From Oculina patagonica (Eukaryota): DNA of 64,000 nt. Positions 36,602-51,116 of this stretch are shown here, piece after piece. The number at the start of each line of letters is the position of its first letter. Position 1 is the stretch's first letter. Under the pieces are notes generated by a model. It saw only the letters and a list, made by a program, of their open reading frames with translations. It did not search any database and was not told where the DNA came from. The stretch lies in contig NC_135764.1 of NCBI RefSeq assembly GCF_052425735.1, positions 24,118,001 to 24,182,000 of the forward strand, given 5' to 3'. The position numbers were made by a program, and so were the translations under genes.

Positions 36602-39600
36602 GGTATCTCTTTTGTTCAGTGCGGGGACCGTGGCAGCCATTGTGTTCACGCTTGACTTCATAGGAATCTTGCCTTGGTGCATGTTGCTTATACAAATCTA
36701 CCGGTAAATAACAGCGTTATTGACCAGTGTCAAGACCAGTGTTATCTAAACTTTAAAACAAATATCTAGCGGGTGTCTAATTGTTTAGAGACAAGAGAGT
36801 CAACTAAAGTGGATTGTAAATCGAACGCTGCTAGACAAGATTCGAATATACTTGACTTAATACCTCCTCGTAAAATACCTGATAAAACAAACCCATGATA
36901 TTCGAGCATTATTGACCTCTCATTACAGCTTTGAATTGCTTCAATATTTCATAGAAAGTTTATTTTTGCTTTACGTTGCTGGTGCTATGGAGATTCTGTT
37001 GGATAATAGGTTTAAAAATGATGAAATGCATAAACGATGAGTGACATTACCGGTGCTACAGTGTTTAGTGGTCCGTGGTGCGTAATTCAAATGGTTAATT
37101 TCAATCAAGTTTGATTTGGCTCAAAAATGGAAAACGATACCAAACATTTGTCTTAGAAAAATCGGGAAAAAAGAAAATCCTTAATAAAGTTTTTCGCCAG
37201 TTTTCAGCTGTGGATAGCAGAGAAGAATAGATTTAGTGATTTGCAAGTTGATTTGCTATTTTCTATTTTCCAAGCAAGAACCAATCACTCCTTCCTATGA
37301 TTGTTTACATTTGCTGTCATTTCGTTGACAAAATGACAGTTGGTGCCAGAATAAAAAGCAACAAACACAACTTTGGTTTTAGGAGAGCAACTTCGCAAGA
37401 AACGAAAGTGGAAGACCCTGAAAAAGCCTTCTCTCTTTTTCTTTTACTTGAATCAATCAATGGATCCATGAGTCAGGGAAATCTGACAGAATCGTCTGTG
37501 TTTGACTTAACACCAGTAACAGGTGACCCCAGTAAACAATATCACACATGTTTGTGTTGCTTTCATTTGAACACAGATAGTCAAGTACGGAAAACTCTAC
37601 AACTTTCGTCTCACACAGAAACGAAATCCAACACGACAAAGGGGAAAAAAGGGTTGCAATAGCACCTCTCTTAGAATAGCTACAGTTCACACCCAAGTGA
37701 ACAGTAAGATATTTTTGTTAAAAATAAGGAAAACAACTATGCTTCGCCTGGTCCGTCTTTCAGGTTCAACAGTTTTCAAGTGAAGCGTTGGAAGTCCAAA
37801 CTTATGAAGTAGTTGAGTGATGAAAACATTTCTTAACTAAAGATATTTCGCGCGATTCGTCATTCAATGGACACGAGCGCCGATCAAAGACAATGAGTCT
37901 AGCAGACTGGAACGGAAATGTGTGGTGGTAAGAATGATCATTGACTGTGGCAATCACAGCGTTTCATGATTATAAGAACTACAGTGTAAAATCACTTCTT
38001 CTCGTGCGGGGATAACAGTTATACAGTCTGTCTCATTAGGTGTGGTTTTTGCGACGGCTATCCAAAACCATAGCATTTTGTTGTTCGACGGTGAAGTTTT
38101 TATCTAGACGAAAGAGAATGAAATCTTCAATTCGCAATCATATGTAACCAACAGGATTCGTCAGCCTGACGGTTGCTATTCCGATTCAAACTCTCCGTAA
38201 CTTAACTTTGAAGCCATGCGCTGAGTGAGCTGGGAGTTTAAACCGGCAAATTAATGAATATCATGGACGAAATGATTAGGAATGTATGAAATAAATCATA
38301 TAAGCGAGCTGAAGAAACGAAAAGAAAATAAGATTTTTTTTCTTTGTTCGTGAGCGGGCGGTATTCTCCAATCCGGCCCGCTCACAGCGGGCGGTATCCA
38401 TTGCGAGATGAATCGCGCGAAATTATTTTGCAGCGTTGTACGAACCAACACATGAAAGATTTGCTCTGCAAAATCGAAATAGCCGCTCACCAACTGTTGT
38501 AAATGTGAAAAGACATAATAGAAGTGGAATTAAAGGACCCGAAGTTCTTCTAAAGGCGAGTTTTCATTTCTTTATCAACAAATCAAGTTCTTGTGTCAAA
38601 GTTTGTTAAGTTTGTGGTTGTTTGTGCATTTCGCAATCATTTCAACGCCGTTACGATAAGCTGCGCCGGTTTTAAACTACAATTTTGAGTAAAAACCGCA
38701 TTTACTGATGCACTGTGAAATTTCATTCCCACGGAAAAACTCTCTTCATTTTTTTTTTTTTTTCACCGAGGGTTATTTTGAGACCACTGACTAAAAAAAA
38801 TCGATCGGTCTAAACAACCGTAGCTCCGGTTGTTCGAAATCCCCTCAATAAGCGTAAATCCGGGATTCTGAAGATAAACCACGATTCAAACCCCATGCAA
38901 TTTGAATCCACAAAAGTTTACAAGCCACACTTTCCTGGAAAGAAAGCTTGTCGGCTCTTTCTCAACATAATGGGGGCTTGTTTAGATCGAAAGGGTTATT
39001 ACTGTCATGTCCACTAAACCGCCAGGGGACCAGGGCACGAAAAAAAGGCTCGGTCACTAAGAACTAATCCAGATGATGACAAAAGCTGCTGACGAGAGAG
39101 CAAATCGTTCACGAGCATTTCCCGGTTTTACTCTCGTTCCCAGAGCCTGCACTTTTTTATAAACAACGCAGCGGCGGGGAACCCCCCCCCTTTACGCTTC
39201 ACCAACCCGGAAGTGTTGCTCCATGTGGTTCCCTTACCGGAAACGTGGGGTTTAGTTTTCGCATGAATAAGTATGGAAAGCGCCCATACTTATTAAAATT
39301 ATGGAATAAAATGTGCCCGCGCTGGGAAATCCAAGTAAATCACATAGAACGATTTTTTTTTTAATGTACGTCTTGGAAAAATTTTGGCACTAGAAAATAA
39401 ACAATAACTCTAGTAGTGTAGCAGCTCTCATAAGCTTGTAATTCTAGTGGTCCTCTTGTGTAGCAGATGCTATTGTTTTCGGGCGCTAGCGGCATTGATA
39501 CTGTTGTTTGTTCTATTGTTTTCTCGAAGGGTAGCCAGCTATTCATGTGAGATCTTGAGAGAGCTGCTACATGACCCAAAAAATCTCGTAAAAAGTAGAT

Positions 39601-39646
39601 GTACTGGGCAAAACAGCAGTTATTGCGATTTTGCTGTCAGTAAAAT

Positions 39647-39929
39647 TAGAGCGGTTTTCACTTGTGTCGAAAGTTAATTGCGTTTGCTTTGGTTTTGCAT
39701 TTCTACGCTTAGTGATTGGCTTAAAAATCTCGCGCCACTTTCTCAGCCAATCAGAACTAAACCAAAACCAATCGTGACTCGCTCACGCACCTTTTCCCGC
39801 GCTTCGTACCAGCTACATGTATTTGCTTCGTGTTTTGATTGGTTCACTGGATTGTCTATGTCCTTTGTGATTGGCCAGAGTAATTACTTTGGTTTTGGTT
39901 TTACGACACTCAATTGAAAACTGCTCTAG
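39647..39929. mobile_element. MITE (TAGAGCGGTTTTCA terminus family)
   Basis: TIR TAGAGCGGTTTTCA / TGAAAACTGCTCTA. A garbled second copy lies at about 34675-34890. Confidence 0.8.
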
Positions 39930-40096
39930 TACAATAGGTAGAGATCATAACTGGGCAACTATAAAATGTAAATATAAATCTTTATTATTGTAGTAATAAA
40001 AGCACAATAAAAACTACAGTGTAAAAAAAAGCTTGAATCTCAATAACCTAACTAAATTAATTTTCTCTTCCTCACTGTCCCATTCCGTGCAATTTC

Positions 40097-40485
40097 TTTT
40101 TACTATAACGTCAAGATGGCGACCATTTACGCTAAGAACTTTTTTTTAAACAATATATTATCGTCTGTGGACAATAGACGGTTTAGTATTCAATTTTACG
40201 CGTAGGTTTAGTGTTTGGGGTAAGCAAAGGGTTTGTGACGGCCGGTTCGTAGTTTTACCCGTTTAGTGTTACAGAAGCGTATATAGTATTCACACGTTTT
40301 AAGGGTATTATTTAACAAGTCGCTCGAGCAGCTAACGAGTGGCAAACTGTAACAACTCGATTGTATGGTGCTAGAGAATCAGCTTAATGTGTGTTCTAAA
40401 ATACCAGTTCGTGCATTGTCCCTTTTTTATTTAAAAAAAAAAAAGAAAAAAACTCTTGACGCCGCCATCTTGACGTAATCGTAAA
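40097..40485. mobile_element. Probable MITE
   Basis: Inverted termini TTTTACTATAACGTCAAGATGGCG / CGCCATCTTGACGTAATCGTAAAA. Confidence 0.5.
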
Positions 40486-40890
40486 ACAATGCCCTTTCCG
40501 CTCTTAATTCAAAATATAAGATAACTAATGTAAACTTATGACAAGTTCTAACAAGTTTCTTCTGACCGATAACCATACATTTCTTTCAAAGTCAGTAATG
40601 AGAATTAGGCTTTACATCAAGGCAACATGCTCCACCCGTTTAGTGTCTTAATTCTCATCACCTTCCTGCTTGAAAATGTATCGACATTTTAAGGAGAAAT
40701 TTGGTCGTTGATCAGCCTTGGGAGTGTCTAAATGTAGAGCTAACGTTCGAACTTTCTGTTCGAGTTGGAGACAGCTTAGTAACATGCCACGCGTTAAATT
40801 TAGCAAATAAGTTACTTCCACTCTAATTCAAATAAATAATTGAATAAATAACAACTTGTCATGTACAAACGAATCCCGCTTCAACGGACG

Positions 40891-40975
40891 TAGCCTGCGA
40901 GCAACTCCTCTTAGGGGTGGTCTTTCTTTCCTTTTCTCCCCCACCCCACACCTAAGAGGACTTCTTTGTGGGCTG
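40891..40975. mobile_element. Short MITE (TAGCCTG terminus family) with 9-bp TSD
   Basis: TSD CAACGGACG at 40882-40890 and 40976-40984; internal CCTCTTAGG/CCTAAGAGG stem. Confidence 0.75.
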
Positions 40976-41663
40976 CAACGGACGCCATTTAGACCACATA
41001 TGTGTGTGTATTAAAGCGGGTGTCCGTTTAAACGGCACTCGACTGCAAGAAAAACTATTGGCCCTTTATAACTGTCTAATATGGTTGCTGTAGTGATCCA
41101 CACACGCATACAGAACTGTACATACAGGCAAACGTCCGAACAACAGGCCAAAAAATGGGCTAAAAAGTAAGCTAAAGATCTGCAAAAATGTGCGTGTGCT
41201 GTTGAAGCCCAGCTTAGGATGTAGTTCAGTTCCACCGTAACAATTGCACACGTTCTGGAACCGTGGAAACACATTGTTTTCAGCGTCGATGACAACGACT
41301 ATGTGGGCTGTCTTTCCATGTGCCTTGCTCGTCTTGCTTGAATAGAAAAATCTCCCATTTCCTGGTGTCCTAGTCAAAGCCAATGGCCTAACTCTATTTA
41401 GACCTGCTGTCAGGTTTCTTCGGTAGACAGGGCCCAAACCAAAGTGAGCATGCATTGCACATTCCTTTCACCTTCCAAAAAGACACCTTAAGAGGCGCGG
41501 CAGGGTGTCCCCCACTGCAGGAGCACATGCGTATGTAATGTCCCTGCCTGGCCAAGCCTTCGACTTAGGGTTTCCTCCACATATTTCCATACTAGCACGG
41601 CTGCACAAATTCCAGCGCATCGAAGGCTGATGTTGTTTCTTGTGATAAAAAACGTGACGACCG

Positions 41664-44600
41664 TTAATCCTGGTTTGGATCACTATCATTCCCATCGCTA
41701 TCAGAAGTGAGCCAAGGTGACGGATCGTCCTCGTATACCTTCACTTCTTCATCTTGAATGTGTTGCCCGGTGGACACGAACGCAGCAAATCTAGAAATTA
41801 AGCGCGGTGTAAACTTTTACATGTAATGTCGACTCCCAATACGGGATCGTGTTGAATCTAACAGAAATTTGTTTCCAACTTCGGAATGTATTTTGAAAAA
41901 ACAGTATCAACACTGAGCTGTATAGTAATCTTTTTTTCTTTAATACCCCCAGTGGAGTATTTAAATTCTCTTTTTGAGAGGGGGGGGGGCGGAGAGGGGG
42001 GTGAGTTTATTTTGGCTGAGCGCAAGAGACGTACATGTATTGCGAGCGTACTAGGAAAATATCGCCAGAGGATATAGGGCAATATTCTTCAAGTACGGTT
42101 CAGCTAGTGTTAGTTTAAAATAAAAACTTCATTACAGGGCTCTTTGCCGCACTGCTGTCCGCGTTTTGCCTGGCACCTAATTATTAACATCGCTCATAAT
42201 GCCCGTGGGGAATACGAGTAAATACAATCCCAACTATTAGCCAATCACAGCACGCGTTATATCTTAAAACGCTCTATCCATAAGCACATCTTCTGCTGAG
42301 CTCGTCAATTGGTTAAGATTTTTTTGGAATAGTAGACTGCCAAAAGGTGTCAAAAACTTAAGAATGTGGCAACGGAGTGATTCAATGTACAAAAGTACCC
42401 ATGAACTGGCAGATATACCTATGTTGAGATCAATACTCGAATCCTCAATAACTCGAGCCTCCTGCTTACTCGAACCTTTTTCAGTCGATTTCCCTCCAGG
42501 TCATTTTCTTACTTATTTTACCCTTGATAATTCAAGCCCTCCGATAACTCGAACCTTATTGCGATTTAACTGTATTGTCATACCTGGAAGGATGTTTCAG
42601 TCGGCTGACCACGTGCCAAGCGTTACACTCGGGACTGTTGCAATATTCTCTAAGATGCTCTAAAGCTCGACTCGTTTCCTCGGATGCCTGTATAACATAT
42701 TCCTCTTGTGTTAGAAACTTGTGTTTTGGCGGAAAGAAGAAGTAATAGACTCTGTAAGAAACCCTGCAGGAAAATTCAGAGATACAAGTTAAAGCTGTTT
42801 TAGGGAAAAGCACGAGCACAAGGCGTTAGGCGGCAGCGTGGGGTGGGGCGTTTTTTGAGGCGCGGGATGTGCGACGCCCAAATGGAAAACAATTGTTTCG
42901 AAATCAATACCTTAAGGTTAATATTTTTAGCGGCTATTTATTTAAGCGATTTTTCTGAGCAAGATTCAGCAAGATTCCGAAAATTCTAAAAAAATATAGT
43001 GATATCATGTAAACCAGTTTTCAATGAACATATACAGTAGCTAAGATGGAAATAAAATGTTCAGTAAAAGAACAAACTCACTTGAAGTTAAACGAACATT
43101 TCCATTGCAAGAATAAGCAAAGTTACCGACATTCATTTTTTAAAGAAATTAACAAAACTATTATGTTTTAAACATAATAGTTTTGTTAAATAATAATAAA
43201 ATTAACAAAACTATTATGTTTTTAAACATAATAGTTTTGGGGTGGGGGGGGGGTACTTAAATTTATAAACGAGTTTAAATTTGACCGAGACAAATTTTAG
43301 CGAGTACTTTATTTAACGATTTCCGCTCAACTCGCTAAAAGTTAGGAGCCGCTAACAATAGTAACCTTAATGTAGTCGCGGACCTACCAGTTTCGAGGCA
43401 TCAGTTTTATAATACTCATTAGGATACCACTGGTGCGGATGACATGTGACAAAAACACAGTGCTTATCAGACCGAATGACACCACATCTGAGCGGGTGCC
43501 CATGTAGAGCAGGGTCAAACCAACAAGCTGCAGCATCCATCGTATAAGATCCAGTCCTCGGTCGCTTGTCACAGGGCCGTGATAATAACAAACACAGAAG
43601 CTGATGATACCTGAAAATCAAGCGTATATTTATTACATCCTTTCAGACACAAGGTCGAATCAGAGCAATTTATACATCTTATTTACCAAGCACGGAGGCC
43701 GTATACTTGGGGAATATCAGCCCTAGGTCTTGGCAGTCTGTACAGAAAGGACTGAGGGCCGATATTCACCCAGCACGGTTCCGGGCAACCTTGGTTAATA
43801 AGAGATTTTCTAATAAAATGATTAAGATTATATAGATATAAGCGGAAAACAGAAAGGTTAAAAAGAACGGAATTCTAACCGAGGACCCACCAGGTGTTTG
43901 GTTGGAAAAGGATTGCCTAACGTTGTTTTACAAACCAATAAAAAGTACGAGGGGACTTTTTATGGGAAAGGGAGTAAAGTGTTTTGTTTGTTTTTTAATT
44001 TTTACTTTTGTAAGCCAAACAAACGTTGTGCGGGTTTGCACGGGATATAAAATATTGAGAGAAGACCTCACCTACTACAACAAGATATCCAATAACCCAC
44101 TGATTGTGGTTCACTATTAGGTCTTTCAAGTTGCTCCATGTCCACTGGATTACATAAGCTGCCACACTCCAGCCTCCAATCAAAAGAGCATAGGCACCTC
44201 CTCTCTAAACATAATTATGGAATAATGAAGGCAAAGAAAAATGGATTCAAGAAGAAAACCAGATGCACATATGTGAACACTGTCATAATGAATCGCCTAA
44301 ACTGGTATTCTTGTATGCACCAAAAAGAATCAAATTATGCCCTGAAAAGTACGTTGAGCAAGTATAAACCCAGGATTTATTTTCTGAATTTTACAGTTCA
44401 TAAAAAAGCATCACACACAAAACTTTTCTCAATATACAGTGTATTGTACAGAACGAACTTCCTAAAGAGTTACAAAATAAACACAAGTTTGGAGCTACAT
44501 GTATTCTGTAGGCAACAAAAATATGTGCACTATGTACTGTTGTTATGCCTGGAGACACTTATCTGGCATGCATCTTTTCACAAATGGAGGTTATTGTTTC

Positions 44601-47600
44601 TTTTCTTTTTTTTTTTTCATGTTCAACGCGCATGTATAATTATTTTTTCAAGTACCGGTATATGTACATTTAAACAGGGCCAGCCGAGTGATTTTGCTTT
44701 CAGAGTCTTGATTAATAATTAGTTCTTACCCCAGGGATGAGTCTGTGCAGGATGTAAACAAGCATCAACAGGGACATAATGAGGCCGAGTGAGACACCAG
44801 ATGAATAAAAGAACACACTATTCCTGGAGTGGAAAAAAATCACCAAACTGAGAGATTATTTCTGTCATAAACATTACGTACAATTTGTCATTTCCTGAAT
44901 CTATTTCTAAACATATCGATGTACAATCCTTTCGGGAGCTCCGCAATACATTCAATAGAATTTATCATACATGATCTACCTGCAGTACATAAACATTAGT
45001 CAATCAATCAATCAATTTAACTGTCAGAATACTTAGCATTGTTGTGCTAACAATATATAATGGGAACCAAACAAAAATTAGAAATAAAACAAAACTTGTT
45101 AAAAATCCCAACTGATTGGAGGTTCACCAGCTGGCTAAAAAGCGTGAAGATGATAAATTTTGGACCACTGAACACAAATTCAGTGACGTGGCAGGAAGGA
45201 GGACTTGAACTCAGGACTTCTAAATTACAAGTCCAGCGCCCTAACCACTTAGCCATGCTGCCTCCTTAATGCCATTGCTAGAGCTGTAGATGCAAAGCAT
45301 TCTTCAAGATGCCCCAAAATTTTGCATGTTTCCATCAGAAAAGAACTCAGCATGTTATATAGACTTTCAAACAGCCGCTTCGCGGCCTAAAAGGCGCGCT
45401 TCGCTCGCTTATTTACTGTGAAAACTCGTGAGGTCGACTTGTGGCAAGTCTACATGAAATACAGAAAATGAAAATTTAAAAGAAAAAAAGGTTATTTAAC
45501 AGTATACCTACTAAGTCTCTCTGCATTGTAAAATATGATCAGCCCTGCCAGGAATGTTGCTGGGAAGTACCAGTCAATCACTGAATGAAAACAAAACAGT
45601 TCACAAAAGTAAAGCATTCTGTATGTGCAACATTTATGTACAATGTACGTGGGAAATTCTAAAGCTATAATAAAGTATTGTCTTAAATTGTGATCATACA
45701 GTGTATAATGCATGCCATGATTGGGTGTGTGACTGAGTAGTCATTTTTTGCCAGGCTTTCTCTAGTTTGAAAAACACTACTTTATCTCTTTGTGGAACAA
45801 TTTGTGACATCATCACTTTTCTCATTTGCATTACAAAAACACAAATATCTCTGAAAAGAAAGAAGATATTTCAAAAAGGAAACTGTCATTCTTCTTTAAA
45901 TTAAAAATCCTTTAAAATAATCAGCAATTATTTTTTACTTCATAGGCACTTTAATCGTTGGTGACTTTTAAGCAATTGAGTAGCTGCGGTCAGAAAAGAA
46001 CTGAATAATGTTTGGTCAATCGATGTGACTGGCGCTATATTCGATCTGGCTGGTGCTATGATCCGACTGACGCAAAATTTGCCAACTAGCACCGTGAATA
46101 AAGCGTCATAAACCAAGCTTCTCAACCAATAAGAATGTCCCATTCTTGAATTCACCCCTGGAAACTATTCTGATTTAAAAATATAAAATATACTACATGT
46201 ACATCGACACGTATACAATGTATGTAAGCAATTTATTGTAAAATTTGCCACTTGGGAAATTATATACACTGTACAAATGTCACACAAGGAAAGGATGGGT
46301 AACGATAACTAGTAAAACCAATTTTACATGTGAACAGTTGAAAATACATGTGTGATTAACGATTGCCACAATCAACTGCTGTTAACTTTGGCACAACATA
46401 ACTGAAACGCGATAAAACCTGATAATTTATGATCTGCATGTAAAGGTATCCATGCTAAATTGATACTACTGTACTCCTATTACCTCGAAATGAAGCTGTC
46501 ACTATCACTTCTTGCCTTTCTTCAAGTTCAACAGCACAGCACGATGTCTTGAATGGTGACTGTTTGAAAACAATGTGTTCCATAACATTCCTGCTTGTCA
46601 CAAAAGACTGTAAGACAGACGCCCAAGACTGATTGGCAGGATTGAGAGCAGAGCAACTGTTGGATAAAATGGAATGACATGAATGCACATAGATCTACAC
46701 ACTGTACCAGCATTTAGCATGACATGGACAATATAAAAAGACGCATTTTTCTTAATCTTCTAATGCTGGGGTCAAATAAATACCAGGTCTACAAGGTTGA
46801 GTTATAAATGCTCAAATGTTTATTTGACATTCAGTGTTCATTTAAAACTGACCTTATTTTAGTAAACTGATTCACACTGATCAATAGAAGACAGTATTAA
46901 ACACTCCATGAGCTTTCTGAGAGGGTGCAAACAGACTAATCTGTGTGGAGGCTAAAGACCAATTTGGTGACCTCAATTTTATATTTGTTAAATAATATTT
47001 CAATCACAGGGGGGCACTCAAAAAAGTTTTATACGGGGAGGCTCCGTCCCGAGCTCTGACCCCTTACCCTTTTTTATACCATTTTTGACAGAAATTGCAC
47101 CCCTTTCGTATACCTTTTACTGAAAAAGGGCACCCCTTTCATATACCTAAAAGACATGGCATAGACTTAGAACAGGACGTTTTCTTGTCATTTTCACGTA
47201 GCGCTTAGTACATTAAAATAATACAGCCGTAAATTGCGTCTGTTCGAAATATTTTAATTAAAGGCCCTTTTAAATACCTAAATGACAGATTTCCATACCC
47301 TTTCGTATACCAAAACTTGTAAAATCCCAACCCTTTCATATACCTTCAGCCTGAGAAAGGTACCCCTTTCGGGCGGAGCCTCCCCGTATAGGCCATTATA
47401 GGGAGTACCCCCCCCCCCGGGATTTCACTGTCAAATGATAGTAGGTGAGGCCAAAAAGTATTTAACAAAGCCCCTCAATAAATAAATTTTAGCAATATTC
47501 TATATTTAATACATAGACCAGCCACTGCATTATGCTTAAACAATAAGACTGCTCACTCTCCATTTTTATTAACTTTGATAGTTGGCTCGGGCCAACTAGA

Positions 47601-49628
47601 TGTATAAGGCAATGAAGACCTCAAACTCACTGTCAGATAACAAAAATAAATGGCACCCTTGAGATCCTTGTCTAATGATCTATAAATAAAGATGATTCAT
47701 TGGTACAATCAATGACATGCTATTTTTTTACTTGTAGATCATTTGAAAGATGTCTAACAAAATAAACGAATTCTCAAATTGAACTAACCTTTCAGCTTCA
47801 TAAAACTGCACCTCTGTTTTATCAAATTCAAGCTCAACTATAACACTACCCCATAAGCGAGACAGTGTGAGCTCGCCACCATGCACACAAACTGCTATCG
47901 TCGAACTTTCGTGTGGAGGCCGCACTTTAAATCTGTTCTCTCTTGATAAGTTTGCAACTGAAATGTCTGTGGATATAAAACACTTAGTACACTTAGTACA
48001 AGTTTTGCTGTACTGTTTTACATTCACTCAGTAGATTGCATTAATAGGCCTTATCACGGTTTTCGACGCCATCTTGATGAGTAGGCAAAGCGGGCAGAAA
48101 TTACAGAGTTTGTATGGGAATCCGACGGCAAATATCTTTTACAAAGATTGAATTCAGTACCTATGTAGCACTATTATGCTATCACCTTATTTCTATTCTT
48201 GACCAGCTCAATAAAAAGTGTCGGGATCAAAGTTCAGATTTCATAAATAAATAATACTAGATAGTACATCTACACGTATAAATCGCCATAATTACCAAGC
48301 ATAATTATTTATTTCATAGTGTACAAATGTAGAATTGCTCTAGAGTTTTTTATTTTTAATATTTTGATGTGCCTGAGGTCTTCTTAAAAGTTGTAGTAAT
48401 TTCTCATGAACATTGCATGGTAAACAAATGAGTCTGCAATATTGTGATTGACATAAAAGCCTTGAGAACATTACAAATCTATGTCTTGATCTGCAAAAGC
48501 TAAGCACCAAGCATTAGGTGTAGGATGTGGAGAGAGGATGGGAGTGCGGTGATGTCAAAAGTTCCCACTGTCCATAATCTCATATCAATCCTCTTCCACA
48601 TCCCACACATTTCATATTCAACTCTTAGGATTTTATACATGTACTTATAATAATTATAATTCATTTAGTATAGCTAAAGCCATCCCTTTTTTTTTTCTCT
48701 GTTTAGTGTCGTCCGACCGACCCAGATTTTTGCATTTTCAAAAAAAAAATGTTATACAGAAGGTAATGAAGGCAATGACACATTTTAAATAATGGTTCAT
48801 CCTTTTTGCGCTGTTCTCATTTGAGTTTAACCGCGATGTTGATTTTTCCTCCCTCCATTGCCGCCATGTTGACTTTGTAACCATGTCTTCTTGTTTCCAG
48901 ACTTCACGGATATTATGCTGAGGTACCGGGCCTCCTAGTTCCAGTCTCCTTATCCACTTTTTTTTGTTTTTGTTTTTTTTTTTAATTCCGGCCGACCGAC
49001 CCAAAATAAGAAAACACATACGACAATAAACAAAAAAAGGGGGATTGCCTAATAGACCTAAAAAAAAATAATGAAAATTTTACCTTTCTCCAGCTTGCTG
49101 CCTTCTCATACATGTATCTCATTTTATGTATTTTCCCTTCCCATCCCCACAGCCTTCATTCTCCCTCTATTCTTGGGTTCTTACCCACTGTCTAAGACTA
49201 CAGCGAAAGATGTTTTTCTTTTGAACCTTTCAAGTTTCACTTTAGCTTACATGGAAAGTTCTTTGTATTACAGTTCCCCAATTTAAAACCAGCAAAAATT
49301 TTTATTAATTATTTAACCAAGAAACACAAATTAACTTGTAGCTAGTAATATCTACATCAATAAAACTATTATCTAGATCGTTAAGAGATTAGTTAACTTA
49401 TATCATGTGCTAATCAGCGCGCCGTATATAAAACATCTTTAGCGCCATCTTCACATACAACTCATGATTATAACAACAGACTTTAGGATTATTGGCAAAA
49501 CAGAACGTCAAGGCATTAAACGGTAGCTAGTCTTACTCACCCTCACACTCAAGAGCCTCTGTGACGAATAAAATAGAGTGAAATAGAAGATGAACGAACA
49601 AAGATTTTCCAACGCTACCTGCCGCCAT
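41664..49628 (-). CDS. NEMP1: Nuclear envelope integral membrane protein 1 (TMEM194 family), 419 aa
   Basis: Nine phase-consistent exons: 49628-49541, 47957-47789, 46656-46484, 45580-45508, 44823-44730, 44204-44072, 43610-43388, 42763-42584, 41790-41664. Family motifs include FFYSSGVSLG, GGWS, SFCVCYYHGP, IRWMLQLVG and LTQEEY..ETSRALEHLREYCNSPECNAW..SRLKHPSRFAAFV. Confidence 0.95.
45085..45266 (-). mobile_element. tRNA-derived SINE in a NEMP1 intron
   Basis: Minus strand GGAGGCAGCATGGCTAAGTGGTTAGGGCGCTGGACTTGTAA..GAGTTCAAGTCC carries A and B boxes, followed by a non-tRNA body. Confidence 0.75.
47005..47421. mobile_element. MITE with 8-bp TSD; termini resemble the 13903-14256 element
   Basis: Inverted TATACGGGGAGGCTCCG / CGGAGCCTCCCCGTATA; TSD ATTTCAAT / ATTTCACT. 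Confidence 0.75.
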
Positions 49629-50496
49629 TTTACTCAGGTTTCAGTTCGTTATCCGCTGACCATGAATCCTGTCAACACATTTAACGCGCGAGTTCGCGCG
49701 CGACATGTGCATGTACTAAAACAGTGTGATAATATAGCCAGAAAGAATGATGTTTGATTAGTTTATTCCCTTCAAAGATGACAATTTTCTCGCGCGCGTT
49801 GCTCGGAGGTGAATAGTTAACAAGGGATATTCGCTATCCACTGTTTTAGTATATACTAACAACTGTTGTAGCTGTGTCGGTTTTTTTTTTTTATTTTACC
49901 AGAAAAAGTTTTAGCCCGCAGTGTAGCCGGCGTTATAGACTTCTGTTCGCGAGTTAGAGTAGGAGATATCTATTACATTTTCTTCAGTTTTTCTAACGCA
50001 ACGTGTTTCAATGATAAACAAGTTGTCTTTGATGAAGTTGATTTTTTCCTAACCTGTGATCAGGCCTCTTTTTGGGGGTGGCGGGGAGTGAGTGGGTTTG
50101 GTCGCAGGCTACAATTTTCCCAGAGAGCGTAGCAGATGTGAAATACGGTGTTTGTCAGTACCAGTAAAAATTTTGGATCTGCGTACTTGATCTTGAGCTT
50201 GATCCCTAAAATCTCCAGGCTGGTCTGCTTAGTGGTTCTCTGGGGATGGGTAGGGGAGAAGAGGTATGAGAATTTTCAATCGCTCTGCATCGAAACGTTT
50301 GTTTCTAATCCAGTTTAGTAGAAACTCAGTCATGTTCTATTTGAAATCCGCGAATCTGATTGGTTCTCCCATTGATTTCTATTCGCCGATAGAAAACAAT
50401 CGCGCGCGTTGCTCTTTTAAGGGCGATTTTTTTCCTGATTTCTGGCTTAAAAGTACATAAAATTGTAGGTTTTGGATTGCAATTCTTTAGAGTTTC

Positions 50497-50502
<6 letters not shown>

Positions 50503-50527
<25 letters not shown>

Positions 50528-50533
50528 ATCTAT

Positions 50534-50569
<36 letters not shown>

Positions 50570-50576
50570 TCGCTCA

Positions 50577-50606
<30 letters not shown>
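50503..50606. repeat. Palindromic dispersed repeat; a decayed copy lies near 2740-2830
   Basis: AACAATTAGACTAC..CTATGAGCGA / TCGCTCATAG..GTAGTCTAATTGTT. Confidence 0.65.
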
Positions 50607-50612
<6 letters not shown>

Positions 50613-51116
50613 TAGGCAGTCACGTTTCAGGAGTCAATGCAGCCTCTTATTCAAAGAGGCAGTAAACGATCACTAATATCCGCATCTTAGTTGACCATTG
50701 TAAACCTTAGTCACGATCAGTGATTCTCTTCAATAAAGGAACTTATCCGAAATGGGGAATTTCTGCGGTGGAATTCCACCAACTTCTATAAGAGAAACGC
50801 AAAGAGTACTTGTGTTTATTGAGAGACAGACAAGTTCAATAAAGGAACTTATCCGAAATGGGGAATTTCTGCGATGTAACTCTACTAAATTTTGTAAGAA
50901 GAAACTTATTGAGACCGAGACAAACAAGTTTACAGCTCAGTTAAAGCCTTTATTGCCTACGTACTTAAGCTTAGCAGAAAATAACATTTTACAGAAGCGT
51001 AACAGTGATAGCCCCCCTTTTATTATAGCAAATAAAAAATTAATGATAGATGTTCTAGTTTTTCGCTCTTGGTTATGTTCTTCCCCTGCCTTAGAGCCAC
51101 ACTGCATTGACTTGTT

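Noticed and set aside
37297-37662. 121-aa ORF
   Set aside because: No recognisable motif or splice structure; possibly an old retroelement remnant.
41565-41572. Telomerase RNA (AACCCTAA template-like 8-mer on the minus strand within a structured region)
   Set aside because: No U-rich/A-rich pseudoknot, P6.1 hairpin or well-placed H box was found, and an 8-mer match is expected by chance.
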